Numbered from the stretch's first letter, positions 10,376-23,085 are shown. The stretch is 64,000 bases of DNA from Anthoceros angustus (GCA_010909165.1 VJWM01000068.1:558001-622000), one strand, 5' to 3'. Notes: a model not told the origin generated them from the letters alone. Numbers and translations are program-made.

Positions 10376-13300
10376 ATGGCGAAGCAGAAGGCGGGGTCGG
10401 GATCTAAGAAGAAAAAGCATGGCCCTGAGGCTGTAGCTATGAAGCGACGGGGAGCGAAAGTAGCAGCTCCCAATCCCTTTGACACCGTTCGGACGAGGAC
10501 AAAATTTTTTGTTCTGGGCAAGAAGCGGAAAGGAGCTGCGCGGAATATTGGTGAGACACGAGCTGGAGCGGGGGACAAGGTGACATTCCATCTGGGCCGT
10601 TACCCGTCAGAAATTTTGTGGATTGTAGGCAGGGTTTATCCAGGGTTTAAGGAGCTGCCAGATGGAATCCTGCTTCAAGGAGGATGCATGAGTTTTGCGG
10701 TGGATTTGCTGCTTTGAGGGATGCACGTGCCATGGGCTCCTCGTACCTTTGGCCATATTCGGGGTGAGTGTATTGGCATAATCTAACCCACAGCACCGTG
10801 CAGAGGAAGACGACTCTGTTGGAGGAGTACAAGCAGCGAGGCAAATCAAATGTTTTCCTGGATCGTCGCTTTGGTGAAAGGGATGAGGGCCTTACAGAAG
10901 ATGATAAAGCGATTTTGCGGTTTCAGCGTGAGCGGCAGGTGATTCTTCGGTGTCCTCTGTGTGTGTCTTCAAGGGTCAATGCAGGAGAACGATAAACAGT
11001 CCAGGAGGCCAAGGTTGACAGGATATTTGTTTCAGGCACAAATCAATCGTCGAAGCAAGTTTACATTAGCGGATGATGATGACGATGTGGAGCTCCTTAC
11101 TCACAAAGGCGCAGTACTGTCCAGTCTTGATGACTTTAAAGATGACGTCCCTGAAGACGACGATGAAGATGCAACAAGTATGCATGTGTGGAAGTAAACT
11201 TCATTCGTGCGTCTGATATCTGCTTTGTGTCTTACTTTTGGAAGTAATGGTTCAGGGGACGAAGATGCCTTTGAGGAACTGCGTTTTGGCGGTGGCATCT
11301 CCAATCAGAGGAAAAGTGGTGATGTCCCTGAAGGAGACGGAGAGGTGTGTCTTCCTGTTTAACGACCTCTGATGGGTTCTGCAAGACTGGTGGTTGACGG
11401 TCTTTGCACTTTGCACGAAGTTTTGCTTCATGTAGAATCTAACTCGAGCTATTCATTTCGCAGCATAGGAAAACAAAGAAGGAAGTTATGGAAGAGGTTA
11501 TGGCAAAGAGCAAGTTTTACAAGGTGCGGTTTTGGACCGGCCCTAGCTTTATTGGTGAGGGCTATTTCGGCTTAAGATCATGACTTTTCATGAGGTTCAC
11601 ATATGTGATCCATGCAGGCACAAAAAGCCAGGGAGAAGGAAGAAGACGAAGATCTGAAACAAAAACTGGACAAGGATTTTGCTGCGTTGGCTCAAAGCCA
11701 GGCATTATTATCCTTGGTGCGACCAAAAAAGGGAGCTGCTGACCCGTCAAGGAGTGAGAAGGTAACATCAACATGCAGTGCGTTTGGACTTATTATTGTG
11801 GTGGTCAAAAAGTCTGACCTGACACAGCATGTGGTTTTCCTGAAGCTTCCGTTTGATTTGCTCACTCCATTGCAGGCAGGGCCTGATGACTACGAGAAAT
11901 TAATGAAGGAAATGGTGTTTGATATGAGGGCACGTGCTTCTGACAGACTTAAAACTCCGGAGGAGCTTGCTGAAGAAGAAAAAGCTCGCTTGGAGGAGTT
12001 GGAGGTTAGTGGGGTGTGCCTAAGGGGTTCTCTCTCTCCCTTTCCCCTAATGGTTTAGTTAGACATGTGCGGGGACTGTGTAAACCCTACAAAGTACAAT
12101 ATGTCGTTTTGGGGTGTATGCAGAAGAAGCGCAGAAAACGGATGCTTGGAGAAGAGACCTCTGAGTCTGAAGGCGACAGTGAGGATGAGGGTGCCGGGAG
12201 GTGATCATTGAGCAGTTCTACCGACCTATGGTCCTATTAAGATAGACATTTTCATCTGGTCTTTTGTTCACCACTCTTCCTGGTGTTGATAGTGTCTTTT
12301 AATGACTCTATACCAGGAAGAGGAAGAGGAGGAGAGAAATCTCTGGTGATGCCTTGGGTGAGAATTTTGTACTCGAAGAGGACGAGGAGAATGAGGAGAG
12401 AGGCTGGGTAGATGAGGTGCTAGCGAGGAAGGGGGGAGAGGAAGGAAGTGACGAGGAAGATGGTTCTGATGATGACAGTGAAAGTGAAGGTAGTGAGGGC
12501 GTGAATAGTGATGCAGAGGAAGATGAGGATGAAAGTGGAGAGGATGAAATACAGGAGAACAAGGACTGGGAGCAGAGTGATGATGAGAATGCCGGTATGG
12601 AAGATGCTGCCAAAGCCATAAACGGGAGCAAGTTGAAGAGTGCTCAAGTAGATGGGAATGATCCTGTGCCTGCATGTCCATCAAAGGGACCTGATGGGGA
12701 TAGTGGGCTGACCAAGTCTGAGCGGAAGAAGAAGAAAGGAGGGAGAGGCGAAGTACCTTTGGACAGAGCCAACGAGCTCCCCTTTGTCATCGAAGCTCCA
12801 AAAACTTTGGAAGGTTTCAGGCAACTTGTGGATAACAGGTCGGATGAGGAACTTTTGGTTGCCGTCCATCGCATACGGACATGTAATGCCATCAGCTTGG
12901 ATGCAGAGAATCGCAAGAAGATGCAGGTACTTGTCGTCACTGATGTGTAGTGCTCTGTGAAGTCTGGTCACCAGTGGGATAAACTGCTACCTATTTGTTC
13001 TTCGCAGGTCTTCTATGGTGTTTTAGTACAGTATTTTGCTGTGCTTGCTTCAGACAAAGCTCTACCTTACAGCAGATTGAATGTTCTCACTAAGCCCTTG
13101 ATTGAGCTGGGGTCAGAGACACCTTACTTTGCTGCACAATGTGCCCGGCAGCGTATAGTGCGAATGCAAAAATTGTTATCAGAGAAACTGAGAAATCCTG
13201 GTAAGCACGCTGTCCGTTGATAGCTCAAATTGGCCTCGGGGATTTTCTTATTGTTGTCCACGTCTTGCGCCGTAAGTATTGACGTTTGTCCAGCTTTCTG

Positions 13301-14681
13301 AACGACTATTTTGTTATCTGGTGATGTGGCTTTGTGTAGATGGAACAAGTTGCTGGCCGTCAGTGCGAACACTGCTGCTTCTCAGGCTTTGGTCAATGAA
13401 TTTCCCTCCTTCTGACTTCCGGCATGCTGTGATGACCCCTGCCATGCTACTGATATCGGAATATTTGATACGATGCCCTGTTCTTTCTGGTCGCGATGTG
13501 GCTGTGGGCTCGTTCCTGTGCTCCCTCGTCCTCAGTGTAGGTCCTATGACTGCGCTTTCCGCTGCTGATCTCTGACGTGTTTCTACTTGGCAAGTGGGCA
13601 CTTTTTGACATCAGGCTGCAGGTCATGAGGCCTGCCCGCAGGTTTTGTCCTGAGGCACTAAATTTCGTGTATGCACTTTTATTATCGGCTTTGCCAAGCA
13701 GTAATGATCTCAGGATCGAGACTCTGAGGAAATATGTGAGTATCTCATCTTACTCCGTGTTCGGCAGGTCCTTCTTAGGAAATGAAAGTTTGCAGGACGC
13801 TGTGGAGGAGATGCCTGACTAGCCGGTTTGCCAGTGTCCAGCGTTCATGTTGCAGCTTGTTGGATCAAAGCACTGGCTGCTGCTTGAAACGAAGAAGCCA
13901 GCAGTGGAGGATCTGGATTTTGTCAGTCTCATGACGTCAGAGGATACGGCGGCCATTTTCTCTACGGATACTTTCCGGTACGCACACCATCTCCTCCTTG
14001 GTGAAATTTCACCGTTCCCCATGGGGTCCGTTACCCTGACAGTGTGTATCTGGCAGGGCGGGAATACTTTATGCCATTCTCCAGACTCTGAAGAGCTTCA
14101 TAAGCATGTACGAGGACCTGAGCTCCTTCCCAGAACTCTTCAAACCCTTCATCTTGCTCGTCACAGAGCTGGCAGACAACACGGAGCTTCCAGAGAAGCT
14201 TCTTCTGCTCCTGACAGAGATCCGTCAGACCACGGAAGCGAAGGTCAAGGAGCAGGAGACTCTCCGGCAGCCACTCCGCATGCGAGCCAAGAAACCAGTG
14301 CCCATTAAGCAGTTCAATCCGAGATTTGAAGAAGAGTACGTAGCATCAACTCCACCTCTCCTTCCCCACGTGAGCAAGCTCTCTTCTGACGCACTCTCCC
14401 TTTCCTGCCGCAGTTTCGCCGCTGGCAGGGACTATGACGTGGACCGGGAGCGAGCCGAGAAGAAGAAGCTGCTCCGCCAAATCAAGCGAGAAACCAAGGG
14501 CGCAGCCCGGGAGATCCGCAAGGACAATCAGCTCCTCCAGCACGAGAAAATGAAAGAACGCGCAGCGGCCGACGAGGAGCGCAGAGAGAGGTACAATAAG
14601 GCCATGGCGTTCTTGCAAGAGCAGGAACACGCCTTCAAGTCGGGCCAACTCGGAAAAGGACGGAAAAAGAAACGAAGGTGA
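10376..14681 (+). CDS. NOP14: Nucleolar protein 14 (SSU processome), multi-exon
   Basis: PNPFD; RKTTLLEEYKQRGKSNVFLDRRFGE; LTHKG; KTKKEVMEEVMAKSKFYK; DDYEKLMKEMVFDMRARASDRLKTPEELA; acidic region; ELPFVIEAP; FPPSDFRHAVMTP; PIKQFNPRFEE; KRETKGAAREIRKD..LQEQEHAFKSG. GT-AG introns, e.g. 10580-10803. Confidence 0.95.
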
Positions 14682-15427
14682 AGTCATCTTTCAGCACAAG
14701 CGCGAGCTAGTGATTACTTCGAATATTTTAGCTCCCGGGACTGCCATGCCCTTTTGGCCTTGAGCGCCACGTAGCCAATCAGGCAGCCGTTGATGCACAG
14801 GCTAGCGCTCACTGTAGAGGGCCGACCTTGAGGTCAGCATTCACGCTCTAACTAACTCATCAACAACAACTTTGTCCGGGAAGGATGAAAGGATCATCAT
14901 GGGGGATAGAGATATTATAGTGTAAAATAGGGGAAAAATTGAGTACACGAACGGGGAATTGCTTGAGATGAGTAAAAGAGGGGAAACCTCTGTCAATCTG
15001 CGCAGATAAGGATTGAATTCCCTCCGCAGTGCTCAGGATTCCGTCCCCACACAGCATCAGTGAGTCCACTCTTGATGACTGTAAAGAGGTGTACCTGAAG
15101 TGGAGGATGATGATGCAGCAAGAACTGGTCTTGTAAGCTCCATTCGTGCATCTGATTTTCTGCTTTGTGCATCTGATGGTAGCATCTTCAGGAGGTTGCC
15201 AAGATGGAAGTCTGCTCTGGACGCTGGCAAAGGTTGCACAGCCACACTGATGCTGCTGCTGCTCATCTCTCTTAGGTTTCCCCATTTCCCCAACCGACCT
15301 CTGGTTTGTGGAAACCTGCTTGTCATAGGTGAAAGGTCTTCCTGAGCAATAATGCCAACCCATTCATAGCCTCTGCACAATGCAAGATCTGTTGGCAGAC
15401 GCTCGGAAAGGAGCGGCTTGGAGTGTT

Positions 15428-15570
15428 GAGAGACACGAGCTGCTGCGGTGGGCAAGGTGACATTCGATCAGAAATTTTCTGAATCCTAACGGGGTAAACT
15501 TTATCTGGGGTTGAAAAGACCCTCAGATGGAATCCTAGCCTGCTTAAGGAGGATGCATGAGTTTTGCAAG
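15428..15570 (+). pseudogene. Small NOP14 fragment (end of exon 1 and part of intron 1)
   Basis: GAGACACGAGCTGCTGCGGTGGGCAAGGTGACATTC and GATGGAATCC..AAGGAGGATGCATGAGTTTTGC match NOP14 ~10553-10700. Confidence 0.7.
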
Positions 15571-15660
15571 TGTCATGGGCTGCGCTCCCACGCGTTAGCT
15601 ACCAGGGTTACACGCGTTAGCTACCAGGCTCTTGTTGACCACGGTGCTAAGGTTGTTTGT

Positions 15661-16610
15661 TCATGTTTCAGCAGGTTTTTTCCGCCTGAATGTCTCCATG
15701 AGGGACACGATTTGCCTGGAGAAGGTCTCCACCTTCTCCAAATTGAATTCCATTGGCAGTCTCTCTTTTGGCACAGTCAAGTAAGGAAGCATTCGTCCGA
15801 GAACTTCTATATAGTGGTGAAGCTTCGAGAGCTGCTCTGCCGCCATTGCCTGACATATCCACCAATCCCAATTATCAGCACACCACGAAAATTGCTATGC
15901 ACGTCTCCAAGGGGATGGGGAGAAGGAAAGATGGAAAGGAGGGAGGGGAGGGAGAAAAGGGGGGCGGACCGACCTGTTTGCTCTTATATGTTAGGAAGTT
16001 GGAAAGGGCACGCATGTCTTCAAGATACTCCTCCTTCAAGACTTGGAGCTGCACATGATTCCCATACTTGGATCAGAAATCCCGACCAGGGCCGATATTC
16101 AACCAACCTTATTACACTAAAAACCAGAAATTATTCAAGCAACCTTCTTTGCATCATATAAGGAATCACCTTGGGCCACACGAGATCGCGTTCATCAACA
16201 ATGGAATCCTCTGACACAAAAAGCAAGACAAAGCAATGAGACATGGATGGAAAGCTACTCCGGAAATGTTGCCGCAGTTTTCCATCCCAAATCCCTCTTC
16301 ACAAATTCCATTCAACATAGCAACTTTAAACTTCTTTGACCTGGAAGCTTAAACCACACCACTCCATGAGCCCTTCCCGGAGACTCCCCTTCTCACCTGC
16401 CCCACCACCCTGGGCGATCCCTCCTCCCATTCCTCTGTTATTAGCAGGAGTCTCCGCTCGGGTTTCCAGCTTATCTCCAGATCTCGCTGCAACAGACACA
16501 GCACATTGCCAGCATGTAAGACACAACAGCCGCAAAAGAGCCGCCCCGTCTGCACTCCCAACCAGCTTTCTTACCAGGTCCCTTCCGTTCCAGTTGCCGC
16601 CTGCATCCAT
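15661..16610 (-). pseudogene. MED15-like: MED15-like copy 4: KIX largely deleted, retains the MED15 central helical region
   Basis: Exons 16610-16575 (MDAGGNWNGRDL), 16486-16397 (frameshifted; ..KLETRAE..), 16210-16170, 16048-15974 (LQVLKEEYLEDMRAL) and 15849-15661 (EQLSKLHHYIEVLGRMLPYLTVPK..KVETFSRQIVSLMETFRRKKP). The last two resemble the MED15a segment KIKSMKETYLPDL..QLEKL..LERMIQFL..KQII..RKP. Its intron resembles intron 2 of copies 1-3. Confidence 0.7.
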
Positions 16611-16937
16611 GCAAGGAGCCCGGGAACTCCGCCGCACAGCAAGCTTCTAGCTCAACCCTTCGCCGGCCACGTATCCAACTGACACAGCTTGACTGCAGGA
16701 ATCCGCTGTTTCGCTCTGACACTGAAGTAGGACAAACTAGGGCGAGGGAAGCCTGTTCGGGTAACTGGGTGACCGACTGCTGCCGGGATCGGTAACCCGC
16801 TGCAAAACCAGACCTCCGTCTCCAGCTTTGAGAAGGAACCGCGCGGAATGCTGGTCGGAAACGATCAAATCCAGATGTTTCTCAAAGATCCGTCAGTCGA
16901 GGAGCGTAGCTGCGAAGGATCTGAGAGCGGTGGAGCG

Positions 16938-19620
16938 ATGGCGGAGCACAAGGCAGCGTCAGGATGTAAGTATAAAAAGCATGGGCCTGAGGCTGTGGCT
17001 GTGGCAATGAAGCGACGGGGAGCGCAAATAGCTGCTCTCAATACATTTGACACCGTTCGGACGGAATTTTTTGTTCAGGGCAAGAAGCGGAAAGGCGCTG
17101 CGCGGAATGTTGGTGAGACACGAGCTGCAGCGGTGGACAAGGTGACACTCGATCTGGGCCGTTACCCGCCCGAAATTTTGTAGATTCTAGGCGGGGTTTA
17201 TCCAGGGTTTAAGATGGAATCCTGCTTCAAGAAAGATGCGTATGTTTTGCGGTCGATTTGCTGCTTTGAGGCATGCACGTGCCATGGGCTCCTTATGCAT
17301 TTGGTGAGTGTATTGGCATAGTTTAACCCACAGCACCGTGCACAGGAAGATGACTTTGTTGGAGGCATACAAGCAGCGAGGAAAATCAATTTTTTTTCTG
17401 GATCGTCGCTTTGGTGAAAAGGGATGAGGGCCTTACACAGGAGATGACAAAGCCAGGTGAACGGCGGTTTCAGCGTGAACGGCAGGTGATTTTTCGGTGT
17501 TTTTGGTGCAGGAGAATGATAAACGCTCCAGGAGGCCAAGGTTTACACGATATATGTTTCAGGCACAAATCAATCGTCGAAGCAGGTTCGCATCAGCGGA
17601 TGATGATGGCAATGTGGAGCTCCTTACTCACAAAAGCGCAGTTCTCTTCCACTCTTGATGACTTGAAAAATGACGTCCATGAAGAGGACGATGATGATGC
17701 AGCAAGTATGTTTGTATGGAAGTAAGCTTCATTCGCTCTCTGCTGATTTCTGCTTTCTGTCTGACTGTGGGAGTAATGGTTCAGGGGGCGAAATTGGCTT
17801 TGAGGAACTGCGTTTTGCGGTGGTATCTCAAATCAGAGGAAAAATGGTGTGTCTCTGAAGGCACATATGAGCTCCATGTAGGCTCAAAAAGCCAGGGAGG
17901 ATCTGAAAGAAAAACTGGATGATGTTGCTGCTTTGGCTCAAAGCTAGGCACTATTATCCTTGTTGCATGCAGGGACAGATCACTACGAGAAATAATGAAG
18001 GAAATGGTGTTTGACATGAGGGCCCGTGCTTCTGACAGGCTGGAAACTCTTGAGCAGCTCGCTGAAGAAGAAAAGGCTCGCTTGGAGGAGGTAGAGGTTA
18101 GTGGGGTGTGCCTAGGGGGTTTTCTCTGTCCCTTTTCCCTAAAGGGTTTTTTTAGACAGTCGTGTAAGAGTGTGTCTACAAAGTGCATGGATGTTGTTTT
18201 GGGGTATATGGGCACAAATCGAATGTTTGGAGAAGAGACCTCTGATTCTGAAGGTGACAGTCGGAGCCTCCCAAAGTCTGGAAGAATTTAGGCAGCTTGT
18301 GGATGAGGAGCATCTGGTTGCCGTTCATCGAACATGTGTTGCCATCAGCTTAGCTGCAGAGAATCGCAAGAAGATGCGTGTACTTGTCTTCACTGATGAG
18401 TAGTGCTCTGTGAAGTCCGGCCAGCACACATACAATCAACTGGTGTGAGCGCCTTCATACAATCAACTGTCCCTTGATCGCTCAAAGTCACCTGGGAGAT
18501 GTTCTCATTGGTGTTCTCGCCCTTTCGCTGTTAGTATTTGACGTTTGTCAAACTTTGAGAAAGACCATTTCCTGATCTGGTGACGTGGCTTGTGTAGACG
18601 GAACAAGTTGCTGGCATCAGTGCGATCACTTCCACTTCTCAGGTTTCGGTCCTTGAATTTCCCTCCTCCTGACTTCCGGCATGCTGTGATGACCCCTGTC
18701 ATGCTACTCATGTTGGATCAAAGCCCTGGCTGCTGGTTGAGACGAAGAAGCCAGCAGTGGAGGATCTGGATTTTGTCAGTCTCATGACGGTGCACTTACC
18801 GTCTCCTCCTTGGTGAAATTTCTCCTTCCCCATGAAGTCCATTACCCTGACTGTGTCGTTAGTGGGGGAATACTTTATGCCTTTCTCCACACTTACGAAG
18901 GGCTTCAAAAGCATCTACGGACCTGAGCTCCTTCCCAGAAATCTTCAACCCCTTGGCCGTCGCAGAGCTGGCAGAACGGAAGGAGCTTCCTGAGAAGGTA
19001 CTTCTGCACCTCACGGAGATCCGTCAGACCACGGAAGCGAGGGTCAAGGAGCAGGGGACCCTCCGGCCGCAACTACGCATGCGAGCCAAGAGACCTTTGC
19101 CCATCAAGCAGTCCAATCCGATATTTTAAGGGTTGAAGTCCACGTGAACAAGCTCTCTCCTGACGCCGTTTCTCGTTCCTACTGCAGGTTCGCTGCTGGC
19201 TGGAAGACGACGTGGACTGGGAGCAAGCCGAGACGAGGAAGAAGCTGCTCCGCCAGCTCAGGCGAAAAACCAAGGGCGCCGCCCGGGAGCCCCTCAAGGA
19301 CAATCTATGTATGCTTCCAGCCAGAGAAAATGAAGGAGCGCGCAGGTGACGAGGAGCGCAGGGAGAAGTACAACAAAGCCATGGCCTTCTTCCGGGAGGA
19401 GGAACACGCCTTCCAGTGGGGCCAACTCGGGAAAGGACGCAAGAACAAACGGAGGCGACGTCATCTCCCAGCACACGCGCCAGCCAGTAGTTGCTGTGAA
19501 TATTTTAGCTATCGGGAGCGCCATCTCCCCTTGGCCTCTAGCGCCAAGCAGTACAGAACTGGTTCCGCAAGGCAGCCGGTGAGCATGACGGTCAAGAGAC
19601 GTCTCCCGGCCTGAGGTCAT
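16938..19620 (+). pseudogene. NOP14: NOP14 pseudogene from segmental duplication (introns retained, large deletions, frameshifts)
   Basis: Colinear similarity to 10376-14840, including introns and 3' flank (KKHGPEAVAVAMKRRG, MKEMVFDMRARASDRLET, FPPPDFRHAVMTP, EKYNKAMAFF). The frame is repeatedly broken and the acidic exon is largely missing. Confidence 0.9.
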
Positions 19621-19796
19621 CCTCCCCCCCGTTCCACTAGCAGACGACAATGCAGCAGTCCTGTCCAGCCGAGAGCTCGGAGGAGATGGAGATGGCCGGA
19701 GCGTAACGCCGCTTTTACGCCAAGTGCGATGGGCATGCAGCGCGCGGCTGTGCGCCACATGTGTCATGGCCATATTCTGTGGCCCCTGCCTGACAG

Positions 19797-20035
19797 CCAT
19801 GCACATACAACCTGTCCGACTTGTCGATACAGACCTTCTTGTCGGCGTCCATGGCGGCTCATCAGCAGCCGCCTTGCCTGCCACTGCTGCAGGGAGGCGG
19901 AAGGACGGGCCTCGGGAGCAGGGACGTCGATATCGCCTGCTGCTGGTGGCGGCTCTGCTCGCTGTGATAATTCTCGTGTTGGCCAGCTTCGCCTCGGGCC
20001 CTGAACCTGGTGCTTTTCGGGGAAGAGAAATCACG
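19797..20035 (+). other. Orphan exon resembling the TM tail of the MED15-like family
   Basis: Follows a TGACAG acceptor. RRYRLLLVAALLAVIILVLASFASGPEPGA aligns with copy 3 CLAVIILLVAFFVKFSDSGA; DNA GCTGTGATAATTCTCGTGTTGGCC vs GCGGTGATTATTTTGCTGGTGGCC. Confidence 0.45.
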
Positions 20036-20091
20036 CAATGCGACCCGGGTCGGAGACGCAGTGAGCGAGAGAGAAGACGGAGGATCGGGGA

Positions 20092-21387
20092 ATGGCGGCC
20101 CGGTTGGCGACGCTGCTGGTGGCGGTGGTGTGCGCGACGCTTCTTCCAGGCGGGGGCTGGGGAATTCGGGGCGCAGCGGGGCAGCTGTCGGTGGATTTCT
20201 ACGCCAAGACGTGCCCCGATGTGGAGGCCATCGTGCTGGGAGTGGTGAAGGCCAAGTTCGCGGAATCGCAGATCGCGCCCCCGGCCACGCTGCGCCTCTT
20301 CTTTCACGACTGCTTTGTCCGAGTGCGTGAGTGAGCTACGCCCGGCGTGCGCCGTTTCTGTGGGGCTGTGTAAGCGGCTTGTGCTGACGTGAACGGAATT
20401 CACGACCGAGTGTTGGGTTGGCAGGGGTGTGATGGCTCCGTGCTGGTATCGTCGCGCGGCAGTAACGTGGCGGAGAGGGATGCGCAGCCGAATTTGTCCC
20501 TGGCCGGGGACGCGTTCGACTCCGTCGTGCAGGCCAAGCAGGCGGTGGAGGCCAAGTGCCCCGGAGTGGTGTCCTGTGCGGACCTGCTTGCAATCGCAGC
20601 GAGAGATTTTGTGGGTCTGGTGAGGAATCGGATTTCCCGGCCGTTGCCGGAAGTGGGTCGTGGGGAATCGGGCTGGTTTGTGACATCGATCGTCTCCTTG
20701 GTTGGTTCTTCAGGTGGGAGGGCCGACCTGGCAGGTGCAGAAGGGGCGGAGAGACGGGAGGGTGTCCCTGGCGTCTGAGGCGGTTGCCAATCTCCCGGAG
20801 GCGGACTTCGATGTGGACAAGCTGGTGGCCAGGTTCGCCTCCAAAGGCCTCTCGCAGGACGACATGGTTGCTCTCTCAGGTGACTCAACTTCCGGGTTAT
20901 CGTAATCGAGCACTCGCACTCGTGTTGTAGACTGTATGGATGGGGGGCTTGAATGGAGGAATGTGACATCGATGTTGCAGGTGCGCACACCATCGGGTTC
21001 TCGCATTGCGATTCCTTCTCCACGCGGCTGTACAGCTTCAGCACGAGCGCAGCCACCGATCCCAGCATGAACGCCGCCTTCGCCAGCGACCTGAAGCAGG
21101 CCTGCCCCAAGGCGGGTGATCCCGGGCAGGTGGAGCCCCTGGACGTGACCACCAACTTCCAGTTCGACAAGGCTTACTACGCCAATCTGGTGGCAGGCAA
21201 GGGCCTGCTCTTCTCGGACCAGGTGCTCTTCACGGACGACAGAACCAGGAACCTGGTCCGCGTCTTCTCCAAAAGGACGCCCAAATTTTTCGACGCTTTC
21301 GTTGCCGCCATCACCAAGATGGGGGCCATCGGAGTCCTCACGGGTTCCCAGGGGGAGATACGAAAGGATTGCACCGCCATCAACTAG
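20092..21387 (+). CDS. Class III secretory plant peroxidase
   Basis: Exons 20092-20322, 20425-20619, 20714-20879, 20981-21387 (canonical 4-exon layout). Signal peptide; FYAKTCP; [16 protein letters not shown]; VSCAD; GRRDG; VALSGAHTIG; GLLFSDQ; GEIRKDC. Confidence 0.97.
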
Positions 21388-22215
21388 ACGACGTTACCGC
21401 TACTCCAAACCACCCACCTCAAAAATTTTAAAATTAGATTTCGTAAACGCAGGGAAACACAATCACGAGGGATATCGTGATTCGTGTCAAGCAGCCAGCT
21501 TCCTTCCACATCGTCGTTCTCGCGGAAGGGACGCCCGTGGAAGCGCGAGAAAGAAAGAACTGGAAGGTTGCCAAGCCGGAGTTTGATCGTCTGATCGCCG
21601 GCTTTCCAGCTCTCCCTGCTATTATACGTGCCATTATGGTCTCGTCAGTGGACGGTTCTTGATGAGCCGGCAACGTTGTCCTTCCACAGCGAGTACAGGA
21701 CAGTTAGCATCGCCATGTACTTATGTATGTACATACATACATCGTATGTACAGTGGACTACGTGGTACAATACAATACAATCCACGAAAAATTGGCTTTT
21801 CTATCGGATTGAGTGGGATGGAAGGTGAACGTTGAACCGCCCAGCAAAGGAGGTGGACATGGGTCTGTAGAAGTCGGAGTTCTGGTTCATGCTACGTTTT
21901 TGGAGTAAAATCCTGTCCTAGGTGCTGAGGAGCTCGGAAGAGGTTGGTATCTTAAGCGTTTGAGCTCGCATGGAATTGCATGAGGTGGGAACTTGAAGAT
22001 CGATAGATTAAGGTAGAATAATCTGAAAACTCGATCAAACCGTCCTCCCCTCTCCCACCTCCCAATGCAAATACCCTTCCCCTTTCTCTGTCTTTCCCAC
22101 CACTTTCAGTTTGCTCCTTGCTTTTGCTCTTGCTCTTGTTTTCAATTGCTCCAGCGGTTGCAGTGTCCTTTTACTTTTATGCAATTACGAGTTGCTTGAT
22201 CTGACACACGTGGAG

Positions 22216-23085
22216 ATGGAGGCATCACGAGACAAACAGGTGGACCAGCCCGCACCAATGGCCTTTTCCGGGCACTCGGGAGGAGAGACATATCCGATGC
22301 CGGCAGGGGAACGTGAACAATTACCGCAGATGTTTAACACTCATTGGGAGGTTGATCCGCACGGTTTATACCCGCGTAGCGCCAAGTGGAAAGCGGCAAC
22401 GATGATTGATGGCGTGCAAAACGCAAGCGTGAGTTTGAAGAACCTCCAAGCCGCAATGAAGTTGGGAGGGAAAACGGCCATCACCACGTGTTGGAAAATC
22501 ATGGCCCTAAAGAGAGATCTTGCCTTCATGAGCGAGAAGTTGAGGGCCTCCAAGTATGAGCAACAGCAGGCGAGGGACAGAGTTCGGGGCATGGGTGATG
22601 CTCTGGAGAAAATGAGAGTGGAGTTCGAGACGGCCCGGGAAGAGCTCCAGGAAACAGAGGAACAGTACAACCAGCAGCTCTGGCTGGAGAAGGCTTTCGG
22701 GGACAAGCTGAGACGAGAAGCGGCGAAATCCACCGAGGCCGTCGCAGAATTGGAGGACAGGTTGGAAGAAACTCAACTTGAATTGGAAACGATGCAGGAT
22801 AGAGCCGAGAAAAGCCACGACTGGCTGCTAGACTACAACAGAATTCGCGAGGAATACTACGCGCTCAGATCTAAGACAATTGCAACCCAGGAAAAGCTCA
22901 GTGTTGAGATGGTGAAACTCTTCCAGGCCAAGTTTGACGCTATCATGGTACAAGACCCAGGGAAAGCCCTTCAGCTGGTGAAACTCTTGAAGGAAACATT
23001 TGGCGATTTTCTGGTGGAAGAGCCGGACAATGGCGGAGACCAGCAAAACGAGGGACCAAACAATTGCAATTCTCATACGGGTTAG
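22216..23085 (+). CDS. Intronless ORF (~289 aa) with long coiled coil; unknown, possibly transposon-derived
   Basis: Open frame from ATG 22216 with E/K/Q/L-rich heptad-like sequence (ELQETEEQ..AELEDRLEETQLELE). It is preceded by a pyrimidine-rich leader. No recognised domain. Confidence 0.5.
   Translation: MEASRDKQVDQPAPMAFSGHSGGETYPMPAGEREQLPQMFNTHWEVDPHGLYPRSAKWKAATMIDGVQNASVSLKNLQAAMKLGGKTAITTCWKIMALKRDLAFMSEKLRASKYEQQQARDRVRGMGDALEKMRVEFETAREELQETEEQYNQQLWLEKAFGDKLRREAAKSTEAVAELEDRLEETQLELETMQDRAEKSHDWLLDYNRIREEYYALRSKTIATQEKLSVEMVKLFQAKFDAIMVQDPGKALQLVKLLKETFGDFLVEEPDNGGDQQNEGPNNCNSHTG

Noticed and set aside
14860-15420. Minus-strand ORFs as a continuation of MED15 copy 4
   Set aside because: Only a faint EDLxxMT resemblance and no consistent exon chain.
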